A stretch of 64,000 bases of DNA from Trichosphaerium sp. ATCC 40318. Its lineage: Eukaryota > Protista > Tubulinea. The notes beneath the pieces are model-generated. The model saw only the letters and a list, made by a program, of their open reading frames with translations. It ran no database searches and was not told where the DNA came from. The DNA lies in NCBI GenBank assembly GCA_038496445.1, contig JALMLS010000564.1:446755-510754 (forward strand), written 5' to 3'. Positions 1 through 11,463 of this stretch are shown in pieces. Numbering within the stretch: the stretch's first letter is position 1; each line of letters opens with the position of its first letter. Made by a program: the position numbers and the translations under genes.

Positions 1-160
1 TGTTTTTTTCTTATATTTTACGTACAATACTGCACTCAACGCAATAGGGTAGTAACTGTAGTAGACGCGATTACCACAAGTGTTATAACTCAAAATACTA
101 AAAGCGCTTGTCGAACCCAAAAAACATTGAAAGAGATAATTATTCCTTTTAATTTTTTAT

Positions 161-1072
161 TTACATGTTTTTTTTAATGGTTTTTAAAAACCTTGATGGT
201 GACTTGTGCGCCATTCTTATGAAAGGATGGTCTAAAAGTTCTTTTGCTTGTGTTCCGCGTACAGAACAGCATCGTACAAAATCGAGGAGTGTATCATCGG
301 TAGTTAGTGAGATCATTGTCTCACCTATTAACTTGTTGTTTATCCAAAGATCTTGAACGTTTTGTGGTGAGTCTACAAACCCTTTCGGTTTGTAGGTAAT
401 GCACCGTTGTATCATTAGATCCATTACCATACGCCCAATGGAGAATGTATCGTCTGTAGGAGAGTACCCTTCGTGTTGAGCTCTCGGGTCTACAAAACCT
501 GATGTACCTTCTAGTCCACATGCGAGTGTTTCTAGCTCTGGTACGCCAACAGCATGTCCAAAGTCGGCGAGTTTCGGTGTGCCACAAGGCATAATCATGA
601 CATTCTCGGCTTTTATGTCGTGGTGAACAATACCTTTTTCTTGTAGTTCGCAAACCGCGTGTAGGACAGCTTTGGTGATGTATGCTGCCGAAGCCATTTT
701 CAGCGGTTTGTTGGCTGTAAGAGAGGCTGCGTCGCATTTGGCAAGCGGTAGTATGACAGCAGGGCCGTTTGGACCTTTTTGTATAACTTCTACCGGCCGC
801 ATGATATTGTCGCAGGTCGTGAGGCGTTGTATCTTCGCTTCACGTACGAGACTGTTGCGTTCCATCTTGTTTTCGGCTTTGGAGAGGCCAGTTCTATTCA
901 CTACCTTCATCGCGTAGGTTTCGCACGTCTCGGTGTCGGTGCAAGTGTAGACAATGCCGCAGCCGCCTTTACCGAGGAGAACATCTTCGTCGATAACGTA
1001 CTTTGATTGCTGCTTGGTCTTCTTAAAGATGCTGCAGAAAGAGTCGAAGCCGTGTTTGAGGGAGGAAAACAT
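161..1072 (-). CDS. Intronless Ser/Thr protein kinase (303 aa)
   Basis: Uninterrupted ORF with LGKGGCGIV Gly loop, AMK, HHDIKAEN catalytic loop, DFG, GTSGFVDP and DTFSIG. Confidence 0.92.
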   Translation of the reverse strand: MFSSLKHGFDSFCSIFKKTKQQSKYVIDEDVLLGKGGCGIVYTCTDTETCETYAMKVVNRTGLSKAENKMERNSLVREAKIQRLTTCDNIMRPVEVIQKGPNGPAVILPLAKCDAASLTANKPLKMASAAYITKAVLHAVCELQEKGIVHHDIKAENVMIMPCGTPKLADFGHAVGVPELETLACGLEGTSGFVDPRAQHEGYSPTDDTFSIGRMVMDLMIQRCITYKPKGFVDSPQNVQDLWINNKLIGETMISLTTDDTLLDFVRCCSVRGTQAKELLDHPFIRMAHKSPSRFLKTIKKNM

Positions 1073-1881
1073 GATGATGTGCTTCGAGTATGGTGTATCT
1101 TTGGGATTTGTGCGTTTTACTCGTGTAGTTTCATAAAAAAGCTACACGAGTTTTCTTACTATCACGCTACAGATTCATTGATATTGTACAATGCGCGAGG
1201 GTCAATGGGACGAGTAGAGAAGTCGAAAGACTTTACTTGCAAAAAGTACCCGAAAACCTTGAGAAATTGTAACGTACAAAACCATTACAATTATACTTGT
1301 CTTGAGGTTCAAGCACGCTTTTCATGATATCACACCTGATAAAAATACAGTCTACAAAATCAAGAAAAAGTACTGCATACTAAAAACGAATCAGACAAAG
1401 TTCTAAGACAGCTTCTACGCGTGGGAAGGTGCTTTCACAATGTTACAACTACTTTGAAAATTACGCAGTTTTGTTTCTAAAATAACAACCCTTAACGCCA
1501 CCGAGCTAAACTGGTGTCCAATATCATGGCGTTTGCAGAGCCAAAAAAGAAACTGGAGCCGAACAAATATTTTTTCGAGATAAGCTAAATAAATAAAAAA
1601 GTTAATTAAAGAATTCTTGACCATGTCGAGAAACTCACAATTACCAACCTCAACAACACCAAAAAATTGTCTTCGTGTATGGTATTATCAAAAACACCAA
1701 GCTTCGCCCAACCACACAACGCAAGACTGGAATCAACCGTTTTTGCAATCAAAAATAAATTACAGTAAAAACCATTTACGTACGTACTTGAAATGCACGA
1801 TGAATTTTCAAAAAGTCAATGAGTATTTTACGTAGACATTCTTTTAACTCGTGATACAAAAAAGAGCAATGAGTGGACTTT

Positions 1882-2331
1882 TTAGATAATACAATTTTTA
1901 CTTTTATACAGTTTAACTATTTTTACACTTTTTTTTGTTTTGGTTTTTAGTTTGTGGATGCTTTGGCGCTCTAGTTGCGTACAAAACATACCCGTACGTT
2001 CAAATGCGTCAATTAGTCGCAGTAAATAATCTGCACCTGCTTCTAGGCCACCGTTTGAGAGGATTTCGCGTACTTGTACCTCTGGGTTGAAAGTAACCTT
2101 GTGTACAGTACTGGTTTTAGCCTTTCTCTGTGTTTCGACTTCCATTTCATCTAGAAGTTGCAGTATGTAATTCGCACCAGCTTCCAGACCACCATTTGAG
2201 AGGATCTCGAGTATTTGCACCTCTGGATCGACTGTGACTGTCTTCTCGGCACCTGGTCGTAGTGGTTTTCCAAAAAAGAGTCTGTACGTGCGTTGGGAGA
2301 AGGTTGCAATCGATTTGATAAGAGTAGACAT
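1882..2331 (-). CDS. Intronless hypothetical protein (149 aa) with an internal ~25-aa duplication
   Basis: ATG-initiated ORF. PEVQILEILSNGGLEAGANYILQL and PEVQVREILSNGGLEAGADYLLRL are repeated with mainly synonymous differences, which supports coding status. Confidence 0.65.
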   Translation of the reverse strand: MSTLIKSIATFSQRTYRLFFGKPLRPGAEKTVTVDPEVQILEILSNGGLEAGANYILQLLDEMEVETQRKAKTSTVHKVTFNPEVQVREILSNGGLEAGADYLLRLIDAFERTGMFCTQLERQSIHKLKTKTKKSVKIVKLYKSKNCII

Positions 2332-2845
2332 GATGAAGTGATGGCGCGTAGAGGGTAGTTAATTTATGAGCTTAAGGCACTAAACGGATTAAGTAATTTC
2401 ACTAAATAAGTGATACTTGCAACTTAAATACATGAGAAGGGTAGAGGTTACCTTCTCACCAAACATCCTTTCGAACAAATATGTAATAAATTCGCTGTTA
2501 GGATGGCAGTTTTCTGAAATCTACATCCACAATTCTTACTTGTTCTGTTGGACTTGCGATGAATTGATGGAAATGGTAGTGACCAAGTGCCATTCTTACA
2601 AACACGGAAACTGCGATATCTCTCTTGTATCAACTAGAACAACTAGAATTAAATAAAGCCCTCATCTCAACAATACTATTCGTTTAAGACCTCTGTGAGT
2701 AGTATTCTCGTTTATACAGTACAAGACAAACGCTTATGTGATGGTAAAATATGACAGAGTTACCATACTAAGTGAGGTGTTGCAAACGCTGTACTGTTGT
2801 CTTATTCATGTTTATTGAGTCGTGAATTTCTCGTATTGTTTTTGT

Positions 2846-3553
2846 TCAGCTCCTTGTCAAGTGAATGCGCATGAAGTAGCCAAATCCTGGTGTTGTGATA
2901 TACAAACAATCCCGTGCATAGAAAATTTCACTCAGTCCATAAAATTTTCCATCTTTGATTACCTTATAAAAATAACATAGCTTTGTGGCCACAAGCACAC
3001 AAATATTGTCATCCATCACAAAGTAAATAAGACCATATTGGCCTGCACATGCTGATTGTAATACAGACTTTTCATCACAGGTGAATAGTATCTCACTAGA
3101 GTGTTCTTCAATTATACTCCCTCTAGCAACTCGAACTGATTTCCATGTTGGCTCAAGAGGTTTTTTGTATGTAATTCTACTTAAACGGCCACGTTTGAAA
3201 TGAAGGCACATCCCTTGGTTGTAAATGTCGTTTACTGCCAACTAAGTTTTGTCAAATACAATACAAGTTAAAACATACTTTATGTGTATCTGGAGGATCA
3301 TAGAAATAGCCTACGAAGTTGAAGTGATAGTCTGACTTTAACTGATCATAAGACTTGAAAACAGTTAAAAAAATAATTGTTTAGTGAAATATCATACCTC
3401 TTTCTCTGGTACATCTGCTTGTACATATCGCAATAACAATGTACAAGAAGCACGGAGAGAACGTAAAATATCACGAGAGGCGAAATCTAGAATAGAAACA
3501 ACCATTTCAGGGGGTAAATCAGTTAACATGCTGTAATATGCTTCTTTGCTCAT
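2846..3553 (-). CDS. F-box protein (spliced)
   Basis: First exon reads MSKEAYYSMLTDLPPEMVVSILDFASRDILRSLRASC (F-box LP.E...I.dF motif); GT-AG introns lead to the 2846-3241 ORF. Confidence 0.65.
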
Positions 3554-3618
3554 ATTTACTTTACTTTACTTTTATACAGTCAAGATTCTGTTTGACGGTC
3601 TTTTATAAACGGACCCAC

Positions 3619-3791
3619 GTTTTTTCCGAATTTTTCGAAAGAAAAAAGGTCGGGTTCTAGTTCCGAGCACAGCGAGGACCCGACCGTAAGTGAACCAGGC
3701 GCTTTCTAGTTAAGTGGACTGCCCTAGCTATGCATCTTTCTGCATCTTTCTACACTTTCGAATTTTTGTTTTCGGAAAATTCGGAAACAAC
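3619..3791. repeat. Inverted-repeat (MITE-like) structure with internal hairpin
   Basis: 3619-3640 matches the reverse complement of 3770-3791 at 20/22 nt. Internal stem 3648-3658/3675-3685; TGCATCTTTC x2 at 3731-3750. Confidence 0.55.
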
Positions 3792-4881
3792 TATGGCCGC
3801 TAAACTTTACAAATATATTTTACAACTGTTTTGTTATCCCATCATCGTCCACTTGTCGCCAGGGCCCCAGATAGGGGTCTCACATAAAGTTAGCCCATGA
3901 TATCATCATCATCGACCAAGGTAAACCAGACTGTGTAGAATATCTGCCCAGCTCGGACAGCGCACTAGCTCCGTATGGAAGCGTTGCTAGTCCGTGTTAG
4001 TCATATTTGAGATCCAAACTGCAGTTATAGCACAAAACAAGCGTGACTTTACTATTTCAAGTTCCAATGAAATGCAGGGTGTTACTTTTGGAGTAAGAGT
4101 TGATAGAATCAAATTAAGCAGCAGGTAGTATGAACCTCACTGATACAAGGTAATGTTTAATGTCAAGTGTTCGTAACATGGCTAATGACACCAGACGAGA
4201 CTCACATTGAAATTACATACTGACAATCACGTGATTTCTTTGAGTGTGGCACGAAACGTTTTAATACGATTAGAGAACACTAAACGACTTGCGTTACTTC
4301 AGTTGAGATTGTCCAAAGAAAAAGGAAACAATTTAAACAGTTTTTGTGGAATTGCACTTGGTTTAGAATACACTGCTGACCTGCGCACATGTATTGTAAA
4401 GAGTCATTGACGTACTGCGATGTACTTTTGCGATCTTAAAGCAAAGAAGAACCTCATGCAAAGCTTCGAATGGCGTTGGTCACAACAGATAAGAGACAAA
4501 TCAACTAATCCTCGTACATGCACGCTACTTTTTCAATTGCACCTTCCAGGTAACTGTAATCTACAAATACAAATAGCCACGTCAGGCCTGTACCATTGTG
4601 CCATTGTGTAGCCTTTGTTGACAGGTTTAGTGAATCATACAACAGTCAACACCCTATCCAACGCTTGTTTATCACTATGCGATGCCCGCAGCAGCAACGT
4701 TCTCCAAAAAGCGCTTTGTACAACAAAACCCCAAAAAAAAAAACTGAATTGACATACGTATGTGCCTAGCTTCATTTGTACGTGTTGCTTACGCAAGGCA
4801 AGAATAAACAAGAAACTCACCCTAACTTTCAAGAGAAAAGTCCCACAAAAACCATTCTTTCAATAATAAATCAAATAAACG

Positions 4882-5198
4882 ATGCCTGCACTCGCTGGCC
4901 TAGCTCCTCTATGGATTGGATTTGTTGTAGCCATTATTGTTGGTACAGCGTTAGCGGTTTTCCCATGTGTGGCAGATAAAGCGTACGTGTAGGCACAACG
5001 GAGACTGTTTTAATTTTTTTCTGTAGGCTTTACCGTACTCTTGTCCTCACGGGTGTATTTTGCGTTTTTTACATGTGGTACGACCCATCGCCTAAGTTTC
5101 AACGCTAATCGCTGTTTGTTTTTAGGATTATAGTTTATTCATCACAAATTAGCCCACTCGGCACACCAGCAGTACCAATACACGACGGCGGATTATAA
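4882..5198 (+). CDS. ATP6V0E: V-type H+-ATPase subunit e (3 exons)
   Basis: Spliced product MPALAGLAPLWIGFVVAIIVGTALAVFPCVADKALYRTLVLTGVFCVFYMWIIVYSSQISPLGTP...; two TM helices and the C..MW...Y..Q..PL..P motif. Absent from the ORF track. Confidence 0.85.
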
Positions 5199-5470
5199 AA
5201 AGCCACCCAAGACCACCATTAACCTTACGAAACAGAAAGTTTGATTGTATGTAAAGCATTTTTCTACATCTTAGTGTCATTGGATAACCTTCGCCAAACG
5301 TCACACGTTTTCGCAAAAGAAATACCCCGACGAATGAATGCGTAGAGCTCTTTCGACTTTGGTTTTGAAATGAGTCTTTTATTCTTGTACATGACTTTTC
5401 TTCGCTTTGAAAACAATAGTTTTCTAAAATGTACATTATTGCTGTATTACAACAGCATAATAGTGAAAAC

Positions 5471-7638
5471 CTAAGGTTCCCAGTCTTCTTCGTCAGTCGT
5501 CCTAAAAAAGAAACGTAAATTAATTGTTTTTTTGGCGCTATTTCGGGGTTTTGCGTACCAATCGTCGTCATCGTCACTTTCATTGTCGACACCCATGTCC
5601 CCTCTGTGCTTTGATAAAGCATTGAGTAGCGATGACGCCAATCCTTGCTCTTGTGGTGGTGCTGCGACTGGAGCAGCTTTCTTTAGACCTTTAAGTCCCT
5701 ACAAATTACTTGTTAACATAGAAGATGTCTTAAACTGTATGTACCCCTGCTAGTGCAGCGGCTAGACCGCCTTGAGGTTTTGATTGAGTTGTAGCTGGTG
5801 CTGGCATTGGTGGAGGTGGTCCAGGAGGTGCACCGCCAGTATTCATTGGTGGTGGCGGTGGAGGTCCTGTTTGTGTATTTGCGGCTGGCGCTGGTGGTGG
5901 CATTGGTGGAGGGGCACCACCTCCCATGCGGCCACCGTTAGGTAGAGGTGGTGGGTTTGCAAGAGTTGGTGGCGGGCTAAATCTGGTAGGTGCCGGCGGA
6001 GGATTAAACTTGACAGGTGCTGGTGGTGGTGAGAACTTGACAGGCGCTGGTGGAGGAGAAAACTTGACAGGCGCTGGTGGAGGTGAGAACTTGACAGGTG
6101 CTGGTGGAGGATTGAATTTAGCCGCCATAGGTGCTGGAGGAGGAGGTAGAGCACCGCTGGTATTTAAAACAGGAGCAGGCCCATTGTTTGAAATCGGTGC
6201 AGGGGGTGGAGGTAATGGCGCTCCACCAGAAGTGGCAGGCTTAGCAGCACGTGGTGAAGGTGTAATGCTCACTGTTCCTGTAGCGATTTCGTCTTGATGG
6301 TTCATCATAATATCGAAGATATGGTTACGCATCTAAACAACAAAAGGTAAGAAATCAAAAAAAAGAAAAAAAAACGCGTGATAGGCTTAAAAAAGGAATT
6401 AGTTGTACCTCTGGGTTTTGTAAATCAGATTTCTTAACACCGACAGCTTTGAAAATCTTTTTCCACTCTTTTGGGATGTTTCTAATCTCAAAGTTGCCGT
6501 CTTTATTAAGACCGACATGACTTTCGTGTTTTACATTTGTTGGACCCTGTGATTGTCCTAATACATTAGTTAGCATCATACCAAGCCACCCAGTAAAGAA
6601 AAGAAACCGTACGAGAATCTACAAACTCGATATAAATGCGAACTTTACCACCATCAATACCAGGTCCAGTGAGTACATACCTTTGCGTTAAGTAAGCAAC
6701 AAAGTTTGTACTGACGCGTTTAATCGTCTGATATTTTTTTTCTGGTTTCTGTACCATTTGTATTTGAAATTTGGCGAATCAAAATCGCGGACTGAACCAC
6801 GCAAAGGAAAAGCCACTTCTCCTAAAAACTTCTTTCCATACTCGAATTTACTTCCAGAGCACAACCTAACTATAATTTTTTCTGCTTCTGCGTCTTGTAC
6901 GTTCCTTGGGTAGACTTTTAGGCGAAAAGTGGCGTATTTATGCGTACATTTCAATTAGTTCGTTCCAGCGAGGTTCTTTTGTGGATTTGTTGGTAGCTGT
7001 CTTGTGTAGCCGTGTGCCAAGAGCGTTTTTCTTCTTATCTGTCGCTACATTGGACATATAAATAAATGCTGTTGGGTTTGTTTTATTAACATCGCCACTA
7101 ATGAGCTTTGTAACGCGCGCTTCTACGACTAAACAACATTGTAAGTGGCAGTGTACAAAAATAACTTATAACTATTAACACGCTGAATTGCCCTGTTTAT
7201 GCAAAAGCGTTTAAGATAGAATGAGTTGATTCACGTACTTTGTAATTTAACGTAAGTAGGAGTCTGTTTTTTTGTAGGGCGTTGTATGTATTTGGCTGGA
7301 TCTGGTGGTCGTTTATTGTCTGTCTGAGTTGATCTGCGCTTCTGGGCTTCAGGAGTAGAAGCAGCAGAGCCAGCTGCAGCTGTTGGTTGTCGCGTGCTGT
7401 TAGATGTTCTTAGAGCAGGCGGTGGAGCTGCAGCTGCAGGTGGAGCTACTTTTTGCACATAAGAGGCAGGGAACCATCCAATGGCTCCATCTGCTCTTTT
7501 GGATTGCCACCACACTCCTTGGCCATCAGTTGCTAATACTACTAGCTTTTGTCCTGGCGTAAGAGTAATTTCGGTATTTGATTGAGCGGTATACGGAGCG
7601 ATCGCTTGTACGTGAAACGGTACCGAAGGAGCTGTCAT
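5471..7638 (-). CDS. WASP-like actin nucleation-promoting factor with SH3-C2-CRIB-polyPro-WH2/C/A architecture
   Basis: SH3 (AIAPY...WWQ...GWFPASYV); C2 (EPRWNE...KKFLGEVAFPL); CRIB (GPTNVKHESHVG...IPKEWKKIF); Pro-rich region; WH2 (LAAALAGGLKGLKKA); C region (LASSLLNALSKHR); acidic DDDDW...EEDWEP*. Confidence 0.88.
5995..6120 (-). repeat. Coding 27-bp tandem repeat (PPPAPVKFS/N, ~5 copies)
   Basis: TGGTGGAGGTGAGAACTTGACAGGTGC-type units repeated in tandem within the Pro-rich region. Confidence 0.9.
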
Positions 7639-7737
7639 TTTCGTTTAAATCAGTGTCATAAAAATTATGTCAAAAAAAACGCCATCAAAAAACCAAAAGT
7701 CATTCGCTTTCTTTGATTATTTTCCACTTGGCTCTCT

Positions 7738-8702
7738 ATGACGTTCTACCACTTCTTTAATTGCTGTATATTGGCCTTTGGTCCAGCTATAGTAGTATAC
7801 AGAGCTACAAAACTGTACCAGTCACTACAAAATCTTTTCCGCATTGTTTACTTTTATAGGTCTACCTATCGCTCATATGGCGCACTAATGTATGGAGTTG
7901 GTGGCTATTTAGCCACGCAATTATGTAAAGTAAGAAGTGGTTTTAGACTGTCTCTGACGCTCCTAGTTTATTATAATAGCCACGTTCATACCGAGTGGCA
8001 ACGTAATTGGGGCTTTAGACATTACTCAAGAATTATTCATTGGTTTTGCACGGATATTTGATGTCATCAGCTTATACATGCTACTTGGCCTTCTCAGGGA
8101 TCCGTTTATTAAAACGATGGGCCTTGGACTTGGTACGTGGCACATTTTTTTTTATATTTTCAGAAACACGGATTTTTAATCTCTGTAATCCACTTGACCA
8201 ACTCTTTATTAGGTTGGGCTAGTGCCGATATATTAGCGACACGTTTCGCGGCATTGTGGATCTCTGCAAGAGGCCTGGAGTTTTCATGGGACAACATTTT
8301 TTTGAGCATTGGTGCAAACGGAATGCTGTTGTACTGGATTTGTTTAACTGCCTTGACTTGGATATACAGCGAGAAGAGGACTACACCAGAGCAGAAAAGC
8401 CAAGCTAGGACTGGCATTGCATATGCAATTGCCCTTCACCCATGTTTAAGGTACTGTTAAGCGTTTTGAAATTACTCCAACGTTTTTAAAATGAAAACCT
8501 CTTCTGACGCGTTGCTAGTATTCTTGGGTATTTTGTGGTTCTTGGTTTACCAGTGACAACACTTTTACATGGTACGCATGACATTTTTTTCATTTTCACT
8601 AACAATTGCTTTGTAGTGCTTGGTTTGGTTATACTAGCGTACATATCTTATTCTATGTTTAAAGCCGCCAATAAGCAAGTGAGCGATCGTTCAAGAAGAT
8701 AG
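7738..8702 (+). CDS. TMEM147: TMEM147 / BOS complex subunit (multi-exon)
   Basis: MTFYHFFNCCILAFGP N-terminus, YLATQLCK, and GLGWASADILATRFAALWISARGLEFSWDNI are characteristic of the family. Confidence 0.9.
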
Positions 8703-8882
8703 TTGAGCGCTTGTAAAACAAAAAAAGAAGAAATAAACATAAAAATTTGCATAAGAAAAGAGCAAGTTTTTGCCATTAAAATCTTGACACATTCATTAAT
8801 TCCGTCTAAGGGCTTTGTTTAAACATAAAAGATTATCTATTTGACACTTGAGGAGTCATGATGCGTTTATAGTAACTCCCCG

Positions 8883-11319
8883 ATGGAAGTACGACATAAT
8901 CGCCTTTAATGACCTGGTGATATACTTATTATAGTTAGGAAACACCAAAAACGCGCTCAGGGGCGAATTCTATTAGTTTGCTATTTTTTGCCCGCTTGTA
9001 TCGTTTAACGAAGTTTTTGGCGCCCTCCTATTATTTCTGGATCTACGTGGCGTCACTACTTGTTATTGGCGGTAAGTTTAACCCATTAGCTCTCAATGTG
9101 GTGACACGATCAAAGGAGTTCACACATTGCTCTCTAAAGCGCTTGGTACCGTTGCTGGAGAGTTTATTGCAAATGTGCCAAAATGTGGTAAAGGAAATTT
9201 GCACGTACGTTACAACGTTAAAACTAAGGCTCACAACATCAAGCCACTATCATCCGTACTATGGCGAGCATTTGGCATCTATTTACTGCTTGCCTTGGAA
9301 AACGCTGTGGTAAGAACTAGGCCGTCCTTTTTTTCGTTTCTAATTACACTTAGGTCCCTGCTCTAAGACGTATGCTAGCGTTGGAGGTTAGAGAAAGGCT
9401 CGTAGCGTCGCTTCATAAGGCGTATTTTCACGACAGAAGTTTTTTTAAAGTAGGTTCTCATTTTTATTTGAAAAAATCAAGTCGAAATTACTTTTTGTGT
9501 GTTACTTAATTACGCCGTAGATAAGCTCAGAAGAAGTAGATAATCCTGATCAACGCTTGACACAAGATGTTGACAGGCTCGCTAAAGCCTTTTCAGAGCT
9601 ATTCTATGTCTTAAGTCAGACACCAATCTTGTTTTTTTATTTTTGGTACTTAACTAGCGTTGAAGTTCATTTTCTCGCTCCTTTGTCCATAATTGTATAT
9701 ACTATCATCGCCTTTTTATTGAGCCGAATTTTAATGCCTCCTGTGGTATCACGTGTCTATCGTCAAGAAAAACTTGAAGGTGCTAGGACGACGTTTCTCA
9801 TTTTATTCTTACTTTCTTATTTTAGGCGATTTTCGCTACAGGCATGTACAAACACGTGATTATGCTGAAAGTATTGCGTTAACCAATGGTGGCAATCGAG
9901 AGGAAGTACTACATAACAATTTATTTTCATTGGTTGTCGATAACATAGCAGCGCTTATTAAGTTCGAATTCTTGCTAAATGGTAGCTCAACAAAAGTGTT
10001 TTCTCTTCCTCTAACTCTCTTTTCTCAAAGCTGTTGCAATGTCCTTCACTTTTGCAGCTACTCCACTAAACTATGGTATCATTGGAATCGCAATATACGT
10101 GTGCGTTGTTGGACGAGATTATGTTTTTTTTCTCGAGTTGACTTCAGGCTGATAGTTAATTTCGTTTTTTGTAGGCGTGGTTCTATTACTGCTGCAATAG
10201 CAGCAACACAGTTGAATTATCTTGGAACTTTTTCTTTCGCATCAACACGTTTACTTCAACAAGCAAGTGCGTTATCAGAGCTAGTAGGGTATACAAACAG
10301 AGTAATGGCGTTCATGGAGCTATTGAATAATAACACACCAAATCAAGATGATATTAATTATGACTTTGACAAAGATGAGTTCATGATCAAGCTCTTAGAT
10401 GAAGGAAAGGGAGGCATTAGTAAAGATGATAAATCTGACGTTGATGGAGGAGATTCTATTGAACTTAGTGATGCTGATATTATTCTACCTGACGGCAAAG
10501 CTGTTTTGAAAGGTGATAGTGATAACCATGTTTACTTCAAAAAAAAGTTGACTAATTATTTTTATAGGAGTTACTTTCTCTTTAAAAAAGGGCGAGAGCA
10601 TGCTCATATTAGGTCCTCCTGGTGCAGGTATTAATTAATACGTTTATTATGTTATTGATGTTTTGGATAGGTAAAACTGCACTGGCAAGAACACTGGGAG
10701 GGTTGTGGGGAGCTGACTTTAAGCTTCCAAAAAACACCATGTTTTATTCACAATGTGTTTATTTGAGTGGTGGTGACTTGCTTGATGAATTATTATATCC
10801 TCTTGAACCATCACAAGTATCTGTAGATATGGACCGCATCGGGGGATTAACAATAACATACAGACTAGATAAGATTGCAGGTACATACTGATTACATGAG
10901 CAAACACTTCTTTTGTGTTTGGCAACATACGCAATTCTATTCATTCAAAACTGCTGGTTTTTTTCTTGTTCTAGCTTGTAGGTTGGTTTGTAATGTTCTC
11001 GCTCTTTTGCTGTAGATTCTAACAACAACTTTTGACTTACGAAAAACTACTAGGTTCTGATGGTAAATTCAACAATGCAGTTGTTTCTCCTGGTCAAAGG
11101 CAAACTATAGCATTAGCTCGTCTCCTTTACCATAAACCAGAGTTTGTAATATTAGATGAACCTACAAGTGCTATAGATGAAGAAACAGAACGTATTTTCT
11201 ATGAACATATAAAACAAGAAGGTGTTGCTTTTTTAACACTTGGACATAAGACCTCTTTAAGAAAATATCATGATAGAACATACCAGATTAAAGATCAAAA
11301 GTTAGTTTTATTGTCATAG
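8883..11319 (+). CDS. ABCD4: ABC transporter family D half-transporter, ABCD4-like
   Basis: DNPDQRLTQDV, QEKLEGDFRYRH...AESIA (EAA motif), spliced Walker A GPPGAG|KT, signature VSPGQRQ, Walker B VILDEPTSA. Confidence 0.8.
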
Positions 11320-11463
11320 TACAGTACAATAATAATGAAACTTGATCGATTCATTCTCTAGTATTTAATGTATTTACAAGTATAATAATATCCCTGGTAA
11401 CACACCAAGGAAATTGTTTGAATTAGATACAGTTGTAAATGTTACTTTTTTTTGTTCTTGTGT

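Noticed and set aside
5843-6297. His/Leu-rich and Gly-rich ORFs overlapping the WASP-like gene
   Set aside because: Alternative-frame and antisense shadows of the Pro-rich coding repeat.
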